A stretch of DNA of 64,000 bases from Balneolales bacterium (GCA_007134845.1 SLKA01000041.1:56695-120694); one strand, 5' to 3'; positions 48,764 to 58,228 are shown, counted from the first letter of the stretch. A program made the numbers and translations. The notes: generated by a model from the letters alone, not told the origin.

Positions 48764-48889
48764 GAACAAATTACGTTAATCGGTGCAAATCGATAATGAA
48801 TTTACAAAAAAAAGTAGAAACTTAAGCCGAAATGCGATATCTGTTTCGTAAAAACACTTGTTGGCGGCAGATTTTCTGATTGCATGTTT

Positions 48890-48928
48890 TCTGCTCATTA
48901 CCAGATTGCTGGTAATACGCAGAGCAGA
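48890..48928. promoter_or_regulatory. extended inverted repeat (possible operator) in the MMPL / glycosyltransferase-cluster divergent region
   Basis: TCTGCTC-ATTACCAG-attg-CTGGTAAT-acgca-GAGCAGA. A perfect 8-bp palindrome with a 4-nt spacer is flanked by a second 7-bp inverted pair. Confidence 0.35.
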
Positions 48929-49006
48929 CGTGCGTTTCAATAGTTGACCGGATGAGTGCTGACAAGTTCCTTGTTTTTATTCCTTGTATTTACATATCGT
49001 GTGACC

Positions 49007-50131
49007 ATGTTGTTACATCACATTATGAAAATAGTTACGTTCAAATACGGTTTGTATTTTGCCTTGAGCCTTATTTTTTTACTTTGCGAAGGTATTTACG
49101 GAAGTGACAGTCTTGTTGCCGGACAAAATCCTGACAATTCTGTTTATTCCGGTGTCCCGGATGGCGGGTTGCGCCAAACGGAATGGAGTGACATGCTTCC
49201 TCACACTCTGGAGGGCGATTACTATAATGAATTCTGGAGCTACCATATATTTCTGGAAAATGATTTGCATCTGCATATAACCATATCCCTGGCCAATTTT
49301 GGAACATTCAAGAGTCCGGTTAGCGGTGGCAAGCTGTTCGTATCCAACTTCAAAGGTGCTAACTATCATGTTGCCAGGGAATACACGATTGAAGCCCTGG
49401 TTATAGATGAGGAGCAGCACAAGATCCGCCTGCATCCGGAGCGTGACATATACCTGTCGGGAAAACTCCCATACGATCATCACATCTTCTACCGCACAAG
49501 CAAGGACGGTGTATCCTACCTGGTCGATCTGGACTTTCACGATATACATCAGGGGTACACCTGGGGAGATGGAATTTTCAGGCTGGAAAACGAGGACATG
49601 GGAATATTCATGCACATCCCGCGTGCATCGGTGAGCGGTCTCGTTGCCATCAACGAAGACACACTTCATGTAAGCGGCACGGCATACATGGATCACACAT
49701 TTCAAACCAACCTCTCCTCAAAAGTTGTGAATAAAGGATTCCGGCATATCACACACACTAATACAGGTTTTCATGCCGGCTACTATCTGGTTCCAAAAAA
49801 GCGGTCCAAAGCCGGGGTGGTTGGCTTTGCATTAATCCGGGAGAATTCACCAATGATTCTTGAGAAACCGGAGCAGATCACCGTTCTTGATTCGGACCGT
49901 ATTAGCGGAAAAACTGTTCCGCGTCATATCGAGGTGACCTATCGCTCCGGAAGCCGAAGTGTATTCAGCCGCAAAGTGGATTTTCAACATGTCTCTTTTT
50001 TGGAAGAAATCGGCGGGATCCGTCGTCGTCTGGTGCGGAGTTTTCTGGGTGGTGAAGTGATAGAATATGTTGGAACGGGTCAAATGGACGGCAATATTCC
50101 GATAAATTATAATTTTTTCCTGGTGCATTGA
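49007..50131 (+). CDS. secreted hypothetical protein, possibly AttH/CrtC-like (lipocalin-type) fold
   Basis: Signal peptide (MKIVTFKYGLYFALSLIFLL; the start could be 49025). EFWSYHIFL...LHLHITISL and VSGTAYMDHTF loosely resemble the EWWY...and G.AW.DHEW motifs of AttH/hydroxyneurosporene-synthase-like proteins. Weak call. Confidence 0.3.
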   Translation: MLLHHIMKIVTFKYGLYFALSLIFLLCEGIYGSDSLVAGQNPDNSVYSGVPDGGLRQTEWSDMLPHTLEGDYYNEFWSYHIFLENDLHLHITISLANFGTFKSPVSGGKLFVSNFKGANYHVAREYTIEALVIDEEQHKIRLHPERDIYLSGKLPYDHHIFYRTSKDGVSYLVDLDFHDIHQGYTWGDGIFRLENEDMGIFMHIPRASVSGLVAINEDTLHVSGTAYMDHTFQTNLSSKVVNKGFRHITHTNTGFHAGYYLVPKKRSKAGVVGFALIRENSPMILEKPEQITVLDSDRISGKTVPRHIEVTYRSGSRSVFSRKVDFQHVSFLEEIGGIRRRLVRSFLGGEVIEYVGTGQMDGNIPINYNFFLVH

Positions 50132-50162
50132 GTCGTACATTAGCACTACTATTTTTTTTGCT

Positions 50163-50978
50163 ATGGCGAAACAGGAAAAACAAACAAAAGGGATACCGAG
50201 GGTCAGCTGCCTCATGGTCACGGCCAACCGCAGGCGGCTTGCGCAGCGAGCAGTGAAATGCTTCATCCAGCAGCGATACCCAAACAAGGAACTTGTGGTT
50301 ATCGATGACGGCAAGGAAGATTATGCACCGCTGTTCGAGGGTATCAGTCCTGAGGATGTTACCTACATCAAAATTCCAAAGAATCCGGATATGGTGCTTG
50401 GGAAACTTCGCAACATTGCACTTGAGCATGCCGGTGGTGAATATATCGTCCAATGGGATGATGATGACTGGTACCATCCCGACCGAATTTCCATACAGGC
50501 TGGTTATCTTGATCAAGGCTACGACGCCTGCTGCCTGTCGGCATCGCTTATGCATCTTGATAACACCGATTTTTTCTATCTGCCTTACATTGGTTATCTT
50601 CCTAATGGCATACCGGGCAGTATTATGCACCGGCGCAGCAACACCGTGCGCTATCCCGAATTCCGAAGAGCGGAAGACACGGTTTATCTCAGGGAGTGGA
50701 TGAAACACAGTTATGTCAAACTGCCCACTCGTCACGCCGGCTTGTTCATTCGCTGTTTTCACGGAACCAATACCTGGGAGGAAGAGCATTTTACTCGACG
50801 AATACGCAATAGTCCTGCAAGCTGGATTCAGTATTTTTTTCACAAATTTGTTCGTGGAGATCTTTCGGGCCATCCCCGCTTCCGGCTACCGCCGGATATC
50901 CATTCTGCATTTGAACAATATGTTGAAGAATCCCGTACCTTGAACCTGTTTACAACGAATTCATACCCGAAAACATGA
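50163..50978 (+). CDS. family 2 glycosyltransferase (soluble GT-A), paralogue A
   Basis: 271 aa. VSCLMVTANR...KELVVIDDG...WDDDDWYHPDRI (DxD region). Its stop overlaps the next gene by ATGA. Confidence 0.75.
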   Translation: MAKQEKQTKGIPRVSCLMVTANRRRLAQRAVKCFIQQRYPNKELVVIDDGKEDYAPLFEGISPEDVTYIKIPKNPDMVLGKLRNIALEHAGGEYIVQWDDDDWYHPDRISIQAGYLDQGYDACCLSASLMHLDNTDFFYLPYIGYLPNGIPGSIMHRRSNTVRYPEFRRAEDTVYLREWMKHSYVKLPTRHAGLFIRCFHGTNTWEEEHFTRRIRNSPASWIQYFFHKFVRGDLSGHPRFRLPPDIHSAFEQYVEESRTLNLFTTNSYPKT

Positions 50979-52057
50979 ACATTATTTATGTACAGAGCTA
51001 TCCTGTCTATCATGACCTGATCGACGAAAACGAGTTTGCCGAAATTGCCAACCGTGATAAATGGATGCCGGCTCTCACATCTCAGCGTGGCTTTCCATCG
51101 GAGCTCTGGGCGGGGGGACACCGGGCCATGCAGACAGAGTGGCAGTACGACAACCTTCCCTCCCTGCCTGTCCGCATTTTCGAGACGGATCAATCTGACG
51201 GCAAAAGCCGTAATCACACATCCAGCACCCTTGTTGAAGCTGCAAGAGAGTCCGGAGCCAGCCTGTTTGTGCTAAAAGGTATTGACGGTGGAATCGGAGT
51301 TCAACTGGCAAAACAGGTGCTCATTCCCAACCGCATTCCGTATGCTATCGTCATTGGCGGCGAATGGTATCACCCTATTGTGAAACATGCAAAAGCAGTG
51401 CTGTATGAGACCGATTATCAATTTCAGCAGCTAACCCGGCGTTCCATTCGATTCTGGCGGACTGTCGTTCCGGAAAACAAACTGATCCGGTTGCCGAAAT
51501 CTGTTGATATCCGGCATTTTGCACCCGATTTTGAAACCAGTAAAACACATGACATCATTGCAGCGGGCAGGCTTATTTCAAATTATAAAAATTACGATGC
51601 CCTGTTTGAGTTGTCCCGCCGTCTTAAAGTCGGTGTTATTGGTGGCGGACCAATGTTGCCCCGTCTCAGGAGAACATACCCAGAGATTACCTGGTTTGGC
51701 CCGGTGTCGTATTCAGAGGTTCCCGACTATCTGAACAAAGGCAAGCTTTTTTTCCACAGTGGATACAGGGATCATTATCCCAGGACAATTTCAGAAGCAG
51801 CCGCATGCGGTGTTCCCCCTGTTGCTTTTTCTGATGTCATCCAAAAAGACGTCATACCCGATGCCATCGGCTTGCGTGTATCCAAAGATAATTTCATAAG
51901 TGAGATTACCAGTTTGCTTGAAAACAGCAACGAACTTTCCAGGAAATCTGCAGCGGCAAGGTCATATGCTGAAAAAAACCTTCACCACCTCTCATCGCTG
52001 CCAGCCATCCGGGAAATGATAACCCGGGTACGACCGTCACGTAAAGCCTCGGCATGA
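50975..52057 (+). CDS. GT-B glycosyltransferase (family 4/1-like)
   Basis: 360 aa. C-terminal half has the typical GT4 pattern (..GGGP....L.......I.W.G.V.......L......F.......PRTISEAAACGVPPVAF). Confidence 0.65.
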   Translation: MNIIYVQSYPVYHDLIDENEFAEIANRDKWMPALTSQRGFPSELWAGGHRAMQTEWQYDNLPSLPVRIFETDQSDGKSRNHTSSTLVEAARESGASLFVLKGIDGGIGVQLAKQVLIPNRIPYAIVIGGEWYHPIVKHAKAVLYETDYQFQQLTRRSIRFWRTVVPENKLIRLPKSVDIRHFAPDFETSKTHDIIAAGRLISNYKNYDALFELSRRLKVGVIGGGPMLPRLRRTYPEITWFGPVSYSEVPDYLNKGKLFFHSGYRDHYPRTISEAAACGVPPVAFSDVIQKDVIPDAIGLRVSKDNFISEITSLLENSNELSRKSAAARSYAEKNLHHLSSLPAIREMITRVRPSRKASA

Positions 52058-53028
52058 CATACCAGTTCAAACGGGCAGCAGATCGTTTGATCAGTTTCGG
52101 GAAGTCCAAGCCCGGCCAGTTGCTGATCCGGTTTGGTAAATATCTGATTCAGGGTGGTATTGTGGTCATCCTTATTTATCAAATCACAGTGATCGGTTGG
52201 CGTGAAGTACTATCGGAGCTGCCTGTCGTTCCCCTTTTTTATCTGATCTTTCTGCTCATCTATTTTGCCTTGCCAGTCACCGAATATCTGACCTACAGCA
52301 TCCGGTGGCCTATCGGTTTCTGGCGGAGTCAGGAGATCTTCTTGAAAAAGAGAGTCTACAACAAGGTAGTATTGGGATATTCGGGTGAAGTGCAACTTTT
52401 TTTCTGGTTGCAGAACCGGATGAGAATTGAAAAGAAAGAGGCCTATGAGGTGGTTCGCGACAACAATATCCTGTCAACTCTTGCCTCCACAGTAATTGCC
52501 CTGCTGCTGCTTGCAGGATTTGCCGGCACCGGCAGGCTTAGTGTCTACCAATGGATTGAGTACGAAGCTGTTGTCCTGGTTCCGGTTGTTTTAGTCGCTC
52601 TGGTGATCTGCGTTTATCTCTTCCGCAGATACCGGCACCATATTTTCACCATGAATCGCAGGCATGCTCTGCTCATTTTCTCATTGCACAGCGGCCGCAT
52701 GCTGATACTGACAGGACTTCAAGTTGCACAATGGTATGTGGTGATGCCCTGGGTCTCGCCTGACATCTGGTTTACGCTTATAGTGTTTCAAATCATACTC
52801 AGCCGCATTCCTTTTCTACCGAACAAGGATCTGGTTTTTATCGGTACAAGTCTTGAGTTTGCCCGCCATGTGGACATTTCAACGGCCGGTCTGGCAGGGG
52901 TGCTGCTGATCAACCAGGTTCTCGACAAACTGTTGAATATTGTAATATTTACTTTTCTGTCGGTTCGCGAGCATAGGGAAGATGCCAATCGCAAAACCCA
53001 GCTCCATGATGACGAGGCGCACCAGTAG
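52054..53028 (+). CDS. polytopic membrane protein, lysyl-PG-synthase-TM (flippase-like) domain family
   Basis: 324 aa with about 8 TM helices and a basic N-terminus. The start overlaps the GT4 stop (ATGA). The family assignment is from overall pattern only. Confidence 0.4.
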   Translation: MTYQFKRAADRLISFGKSKPGQLLIRFGKYLIQGGIVVILIYQITVIGWREVLSELPVVPLFYLIFLLIYFALPVTEYLTYSIRWPIGFWRSQEIFLKKRVYNKVVLGYSGEVQLFFWLQNRMRIEKKEAYEVVRDNNILSTLASTVIALLLLAGFAGTGRLSVYQWIEYEAVVLVPVVLVALVICVYLFRRYRHHIFTMNRRHALLIFSLHSGRMLILTGLQVAQWYVVMPWVSPDIWFTLIVFQIILSRIPFLPNKDLVFIGTSLEFARHVDISTAGLAGVLLINQVLDKLLNIVIFTFLSVREHREDANRKTQLHDDEAHQ

Positions 53029-53035
53029 CGACCTC

Positions 53036-54106
53036 TTACTTCTTTTGGTTCAGTTTATGCCACTCCCTCGCTGCAAATTCATCGAACCAGTTCTTCTGAT
53101 GGCGCCATCCGAAATGAAGGACATACGGAGTAACCCATATATGATCATTGCTGCGCGGCAATACCCGGAATAAACTGAAAAGCAACTTTCGTATCGGATT
53201 GTTTTTTATTCCTCTCAGGGAATGGATGAAGGGGTTGCAATAATACTTGCAGGCAACATTTGTAAAATCATCATTGAATATTGTAAGCGGACGAATAAAA
53301 TCCAGCTGGATGCTCTCCTGTGCATTGAACCAGGGATATACAAACAGATTCAGCCTGGATACGGCCATGCCCAGGCTCCATTCACAACTCTCCAAAGTCC
53401 TGCCCTTTTCTCTTTTTCGGCTCACAAAGTGGGTTTCCGATTTTCGCTTCATCAGATCGGATGCAAGCAGATTCACATCTCTGGTGACTCCGGGATCAGC
53501 AGCGTAGATGATACCGGTTTGCACCCTGGCCAGATAAGTGAGTCCGAATTTCTTCAGAGTGCGCTGTCTGCGACGCAGCAGAATATCTATAAGAATGCCA
53601 ATGTTTTTGTGTGCCCCAAAAAAAACATCTGCTGACTCCTGGCCGGTAATGGTGTATGGATATGGTCTGAGCGCAAGCCAAACCTTATCGGGATCACGGC
53701 ACCAGATCATATCCGAATCCAGGTAGAGATTTCGCTGAAACGGCATGTAGTGGTGCAGGTTATGCTTAAAACCGACAATGGATTGATGCTCGGTTTCCAA
53801 AGTCAATATATGGTCAAACGGGTGTTCAAAAGGATATGATTTCAGCAGCTCCCTGTGCTTCTCACAGCAAACGAGTGCAAGCGGACGATTACGATCATAT
53901 CTTCGAAGGGTGCGTGCAGAAATGATCGCATCCTTGAGATACTTTTCCGCACCATAGCTTGAGTAGATATACCCGTCCGGCTTTTTTCCTTGAGACGGAT
54001 TTGAATTTGTATCAGCGGGATTTGCTTCATGCCTCATTTCAGACAAATCACCCATGCATGTAACTCCATAATTGTGTTTCAGATTCAATGACGGTTTGTC
54101 CGTCAC
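53036..54106 (-). CDS. putative nucleotide-diphospho-sugar transferase (GT-A fold, GT8-like)
   Basis: 356 aa. IYSSYGAEKYLKDAIISARTLRRY...PLALVC followed by NLYLDSDMIW (DxD). No TM segment. Confidence 0.35.
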   Translation of the reverse strand: MTDKPSLNLKHNYGVTCMGDLSEMRHEANPADTNSNPSQGKKPDGYIYSSYGAEKYLKDAIISARTLRRYDRNRPLALVCCEKHRELLKSYPFEHPFDHILTLETEHQSIVGFKHNLHHYMPFQRNLYLDSDMIWCRDPDKVWLALRPYPYTITGQESADVFFGAHKNIGILIDILLRRRQRTLKKFGLTYLARVQTGIIYAADPGVTRDVNLLASDLMKRKSETHFVSRKREKGRTLESCEWSLGMAVSRLNLFVYPWFNAQESIQLDFIRPLTIFNDDFTNVACKYYCNPFIHSLRGIKNNPIRKLLFSLFRVLPRSNDHIWVTPYVLHFGWRHQKNWFDEFAAREWHKLNQKK

Positions 54107-54222
54107 GTTTTGAATGTTTCAGTTTCTGGTGAATGTACATGATCCATTTGTCAGCACGTTTCCAAAATAGTGTTATTTTATTTCTAAAGAAGTATAATCC
54201 AAATACCAACTTATTTTTAAAT

Positions 54223-55008
54223 ATGGAACTGACAACATCACCAGTAAGCTGCCTGATGGTAGTAGCCGGTGAACGTCCTGAAAAAACGGCCAGAGCCATT
54301 CTTTGCTATCAACAGCAAACCTGGAAAGAAAAAGAGCTTGTAATTATTGACAGTGGCACTCAGGACCTGTCTCCCCTGCTCGAGGATTTATCTCCCGGTG
54401 AGTTGCAGTACATCCGGCGCTCTTCTGATGATAAAAAAAACACGGGTCAATTGAAAAATATTGGACTGGACCATGCTACCGGCAAGTACATTATCCACTG
54501 GGATGAAAGCGACTGGCACCACCCCGATCGCATTTATCAGCAGATGCAGTTTATGGATGATGATACTGTTGCTTGTTGGCTGAGTGCGACTTTGCTTCAT
54601 ATGGATCACCCGGAATTTGTTCATCATCCCTATGTGTTTTCGTCAAAATCCGGATACATCGGAAGCCTGATGCACATAAATGACGCCAACAAGCGTTACC
54701 CCAAACGCCACCGTCAGCCGGACCAGGTCTTTCTTTCGAACTGGGATATGTCAGAAACGCGGCAGCTTGATACCGATGCCGCAAGGCTCATTGTTCGCGG
54801 AATGGCTGGAAGTGCAAGAGATCGCAGGCGTTTTCTTGCGGGATTGCGGGGAAGCTCAAGGAACCTTGCCTGGCTTGCCTGGCTTAAGCTGCGTGGACGT
54901 GACAGGTTGTCACATCCCCTTTTCAGGCTTTCCGGTGAAGCAAGGGAGAGTTTTCAGCGTTACCTGCAGGAGTCGCGCGGGCTTGGACTGATCTCATCGG
55001 TTTCCTGA
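54223..55008 (+). CDS. family 2 glycosyltransferase (soluble GT-A), paralogue B
   Basis: VSCLMVVAG...KELVIIDSG...WDESDWHHPDRI. Collinear with 50163..50978 along its whole length. ATG at 54223 is preferred; the ORF opens at 54133. Confidence 0.75.
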   Translation: MELTTSPVSCLMVVAGERPEKTARAILCYQQQTWKEKELVIIDSGTQDLSPLLEDLSPGELQYIRRSSDDKKNTGQLKNIGLDHATGKYIIHWDESDWHHPDRIYQQMQFMDDDTVACWLSATLLHMDHPEFVHHPYVFSSKSGYIGSLMHINDANKRYPKRHRQPDQVFLSNWDMSETRQLDTDAARLIVRGMAGSARDRRRFLAGLRGSSRNLAWLAWLKLRGRDRLSHPLFRLSGEARESFQRYLQESRGLGLISSVS

Positions 55009-55031
55009 ATTAATTCCTGTAAGGTTTCCAC

Positions 55032-55640
55032 TCAGGCTTGTTCGGCTCTTTTACGGAGGTTGTCGATCAGGGCGTCATATCCCCTACGACGAATGATATT
55101 CTGAAACGATCTGCGATACGACTCCGCCGTCCATGCTTCATCGATGGACAGGTCCGTGATCACCCATTCTCCGTCGCGCTGCAATAACCGATAGAGAATC
55201 GGAATCCGCTTATCACCAAATATTGCGGTGGTCGTAACTTTGGCATCGGCTCCATCAACCCGGATTTCTTCATAAATGACTTCCGCCCGGTAAATATCCA
55301 TCTGCTGCAATGATTGATCACGGATGATTCTGGTAAACAGATCTACAAATTCTTCCTGTTCTGCCTTACTGAGCTCGTCGTACTTGTCGCCAAGTGCATA
55401 TTGTGCCATCTTTCGATAGTCCATCATATCGTTGATGATATCGCGGAGTTGCTCTCGCTGCTCGTCGGTGTAATCAGCGCCTTCAGGCCCGAGCAGTACT
55501 TTGATCTGTTGATCACGATCTTCGAGGATAGACCGTATTTCCTGTTCCTTTTCGGGATTGGCAAGCGCGGAAACTGTTGCGAGTAACAAGATGATGAACA
55601 AGGCAGGAAATTTCATGATAATTCGTTTTATAATAGACAT
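55032..55640 (-). CDS. MlaC/Ttg2D-like periplasmic lipid-binding protein
   Basis: 202 aa with a signal peptide (alternative start 55616, MKFPALFIILLL). MMDYRKMAQYALGDKYDELSKAEQEEFVDLFTRII...YRLLQRDGEWVITDLSIDEAWTAESYRRSF follows the MlaC family pattern. Confidence 0.65.
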   Translation of the reverse strand: MSIIKRIIMKFPALFIILLLATVSALANPEKEQEIRSILEDRDQQIKVLLGPEGADYTDEQREQLRDIINDMMDYRKMAQYALGDKYDELSKAEQEEFVDLFTRIIRDQSLQQMDIYRAEVIYEEIRVDGADAKVTTTAIFGDKRIPILYRLLQRDGEWVITDLSIDEAWTAESYRRSFQNIIRRRGYDALIDNLRKRAEQA

Positions 55641-55697
55641 TTGTTGACTGTTTATACGACCCGGGTCAGAATTTGTTCGGTTATAATGAGAGTTACG

Positions 55698-57113
55698 TCA
55701 ATCTGAGTTGGCGTCTGGCATCATTTCACTCAGTGGAATTCCGGCAGACCGGTAGAGTCTTGCCATTTTAAGGTTAAGGTCAAATGTCAACTCACTCACT
55801 TCCAATTCCAGTTCCATCTTCTTTTTAACGGCATCAACCAGGTTATTGATGTCTCCGAAACCGATATCAAAATCAATTTGTTCGGTTCTAAGCCATTCGT
55901 TGCTGATTCTCAGCGCGTTTTCTTTACTTTGCCGGCGCGATTCAGCTATCCGGGCGTCACGGTAGCGGTCACCAAGCTCAATGAGAATGCCGTCGGCTGC
56001 GGCATCACGGTAATCATCAATCTGGCGTTTCTGGATCTCGGAGCGTTCGACCTGGCTGCGAATCTTCCAGAAATTCAGGTTTTGCTGAAATCCGAAACCG
56101 ACCCGGGCTGAAAGAAAGTTGGTGTTGTTCCGGATAAAGGGGTTGTTCTGTCTTGGCCGGTTTGGGGTGTACCCGAAGCCGGCGCTTAATCCGAGCACCA
56201 GGCTTGGGTAGTACTGAGATCGTGCGGCATCGACACCATAGCTTGCGGCCTGGCGAGCAGCATTCAGCCCTTTCAGTTCTGCCCGGTTATGCATGGCGCT
56301 GTTTTCATAAAACCCGAAATCCTGAAGGCTAACAGGTACAGGGTCAAAAAAGCGTTCTGCCGGAAGGTACTTCCTGTCGGAGCCGCTTGCCAGAACGAGA
56401 TTCCAGGATCTGGTAACAAATTCCCGGGTTTGTTCCACTTCGGTTACAAGCGCCTCGAATTCGGCCTTAAAAATATTGAATTCGAATATATCTTTTTCCT
56501 CGAGAGACGGGTCACCTTCCTCCCGCATCTTTTCGAGTTCCTTTTCAGCCTCCTGCAGCTGCGACAGCGCCTCATCCATCAACCGCTCAAGCTCGTTTAC
56601 CAGTAAGGCAGACTGATAGAGTTCGAACAGCTGCAGTTTAAACGACTCTTTTTCTGCATCCAGTTCAAATCGGGCAGCTTCCACTCCTTTTCGGGTAGCA
56701 CTGACCAGGTTGCCTATGGCGCCCCAGGTGTAGATGGGCTGAATGCCGCTTATTTCGGCCTGGGTAAAAATGCCCCAGTCTTCCCAGTCGTTTTCCAGGA
56801 AGGGATCCAGGTAGTATTGACCGGGAGTGATATCCGGATTCATGGATTTGACACCAGGGACGAGTCCGTGTGCGGTCGTCAGGTTGAGATTGGGAAGCAA
56901 CCGGTTGGAACGTGCCTGCTGAACCCTGTTTTCGGCGAGATTGATATTCTTTCTTCGTGCATCCAGATTTGATGAATACTGTACAGCCATGGCCGCAAAT
57001 TCTTGAAAACTGATTCTGATGGTATCTTGATCTGTTGTCCGGGCATCAACCCTGGATAGAAGCAGCCATGGCATGATAATCAGACCAACAAGTAAGAAAA
57101 GAATTCTCTGCAT
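55698..57113 (-). CDS. TolC-family outer membrane efflux protein
   Basis: 471 aa from ATG 57113 (MQRILFLLVGLIIMPW...). Internally duplicated coiled-coil/beta pattern. N-terminal ISFQEFAAMAVQYSSNLDARRKNINLAENRVQQARSNRLLPNLNL is typical of OEP proteins. Confidence 0.8.
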   Translation of the reverse strand: MQRILFLLVGLIIMPWLLLSRVDARTTDQDTIRISFQEFAAMAVQYSSNLDARRKNINLAENRVQQARSNRLLPNLNLTTAHGLVPGVKSMNPDITPGQYYLDPFLENDWEDWGIFTQAEISGIQPIYTWGAIGNLVSATRKGVEAARFELDAEKESFKLQLFELYQSALLVNELERLMDEALSQLQEAEKELEKMREEGDPSLEEKDIFEFNIFKAEFEALVTEVEQTREFVTRSWNLVLASGSDRKYLPAERFFDPVPVSLQDFGFYENSAMHNRAELKGLNAARQAASYGVDAARSQYYPSLVLGLSAGFGYTPNRPRQNNPFIRNNTNFLSARVGFGFQQNLNFWKIRSQVERSEIQKRQIDDYRDAAADGILIELGDRYRDARIAESRRQSKENALRISNEWLRTEQIDFDIGFGDINNLVDAVKKKMELELEVSELTFDLNLKMARLYRSAGIPLSEMMPDANSD

Positions 57114-57137
57114 GGTTATACGTATTGGATGGTTGCC

Positions 57138-57162
57138 AAAAAAAAAGCCCCAATACGGAGCT
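57138..57162 (-). terminator. intrinsic terminator downstream of tRNA-Ser
   Basis: On the minus strand, AGCUCC-guauu-GGGGCU is followed by U9. The G-U pair makes the hairpin work only on the minus strand. Confidence 0.6.
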
Positions 57163-57169
57163 TTGTGAG

Positions 57170-57254
57170 CGGAGAGAGAGGGATTCGAACCCCCGGAGCC
57201 TTGCGGCTCAACGGTTTTCAAGACCGCCGCATTCGACCACTCTGCCATCTCTCC
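57170..57254 (-). tRNA. tRNA-Ser (anticodon UGA), class II with long variable arm
   Basis: Reverse complement reads GGAGAGATGGCAGAGTGGTCGAATGCGGCGGTCTTGAAAACCGTTGAGCCGCAAGGCTCCGGGGGTTCGAATCCCTCTCTCTCCG. It has a 7-bp acceptor stem, anticodon loop CU-UGA-AA, variable arm GAGCC-GCAA-GGCTC, and T-loop TTCGAAT. CCA is not encoded. Confidence 0.93.
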
Positions 57255-57274
57255 AACGGGTCAAAGATACGAAA

Positions 57275-58228
57275 TTATTCCGATAACGCTTCAGCACCGG
57301 AAACTATTTCAGAAATTTCTTTGGTTATGGCTGCCTGGCGCGCCTGATTATATTTGAGTTCCAGATCGTTTATTATCTCACCGGCATTTTCAGTTGCACT
57401 GTCCATGGCTGTCATGCGTGCACCCTGTTCCGCAGCAGCCGACTCCAGTGAAGCCTGCCAAAACTGAATATTGACAAAGAGAGGAAGTACCACATCCAGG
57501 ATGGTATCCGCATCCGGTTCATACAGGTAGTCTATATCCGACAGATCTCCGTCCTTATCTGTAACCTTATCCTTTTTCAGATCCCGTGTTTTCACCATGT
57601 CTTTTTTACTGGTGACCAAATCGCCTTTTTCCTCATATTCATAATCAATTGGCAGCAGCTTTTCGATTCTCCGCCGCTGCGCAATTACCGACTTGAATTC
57701 GTTGTATGCGATGAACACTTCGTCGTATGTCCCACTTTTAAAATCATCAACGATTTTATTCATCACCCCGGCAACCTGCTCATACTGAAGATGCTCGAAG
57801 AAGCCGGTTTTATGGTCGATCACAGGATATTTCCGAACCCGGAAATAGTCGTATGCTTTTTTTCCAAAGCATATCATGGAGAAGGTCTTTTCCTTCAGGT
57901 GTTCCGAAAAATCCTCATGGATCCGGTTTTCCACGATTCGGAACAGATTGTTGTTGAATCCGCCACAAAGTCCACGGTCAGAACCCATAATCAGCATAAG
58001 AATATTTTTGGGTTTTTCTTTTTTCCGGAACAAAGGATTGACGGTTTCGCTTTTTTCAATAAGGCGGCCAACTATTTCACGAAGTTTGTACGTATAGGGC
58101 CGGGCATCCGTCATACGCTCCTGCGCCTTGCGCAGCCGTGCTGCAGCGACCATTTTCATGGCTCTGGTGATTTGCTGCGTACTTTTTACCGATGCAATCC
58201 GGTCGCGTATGTCACGTAAGTTGGCCAT
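57275..58228 (-). CDS. atpG: F0F1 ATP synthase subunit gamma
   Basis: 317 aa. N-terminal [36 protein letters not shown] and C-terminal [15 protein letters not shown] are canonical gamma-subunit helices. Confidence 0.93.
   Translation of the reverse strand: MANLRDIRDRIASVKSTQQITRAMKMVAAARLRKAQERMTDARPYTYKLREIVGRLIEKSETVNPLFRKKEKPKNILMLIMGSDRGLCGGFNNNLFRIVENRIHEDFSEHLKEKTFSMICFGKKAYDYFRVRKYPVIDHKTGFFEHLQYEQVAGVMNKIVDDFKSGTYDEVFIAYNEFKSVIAQRRRIEKLLPIDYEYEEKGDLVTSKKDMVKTRDLKKDKVTDKDGDLSDIDYLYEPDADTILDVVLPLFVNIQFWQASLESAAAEQGARMTAMDSATENAGEIINDLELKYNQARQAAITKEISEIVSGAEALSE

Noticed and set aside
49965-50873. 302-aa ORF antisense to the AttH-like and GT2 genes
   Set aside because: It is fully embedded opposite two ORFs that have recognisable motifs (a signal peptide and the GT2 DxD core). 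Its translation has no recognisable motif and an odd composition. Typical shadow ORF.
55698-57248. Supplied 516-aa ORF suggesting a longer TolC-like protein starting at 57248
   Set aside because: The first 45 codons read through the tRNA-Ser gene (57170-57254) and its terminator. The signal peptide begins at the internal ATG 57113 (MQRILFLLVGL...), so the N-terminal extension is an ORF-calling artefact.
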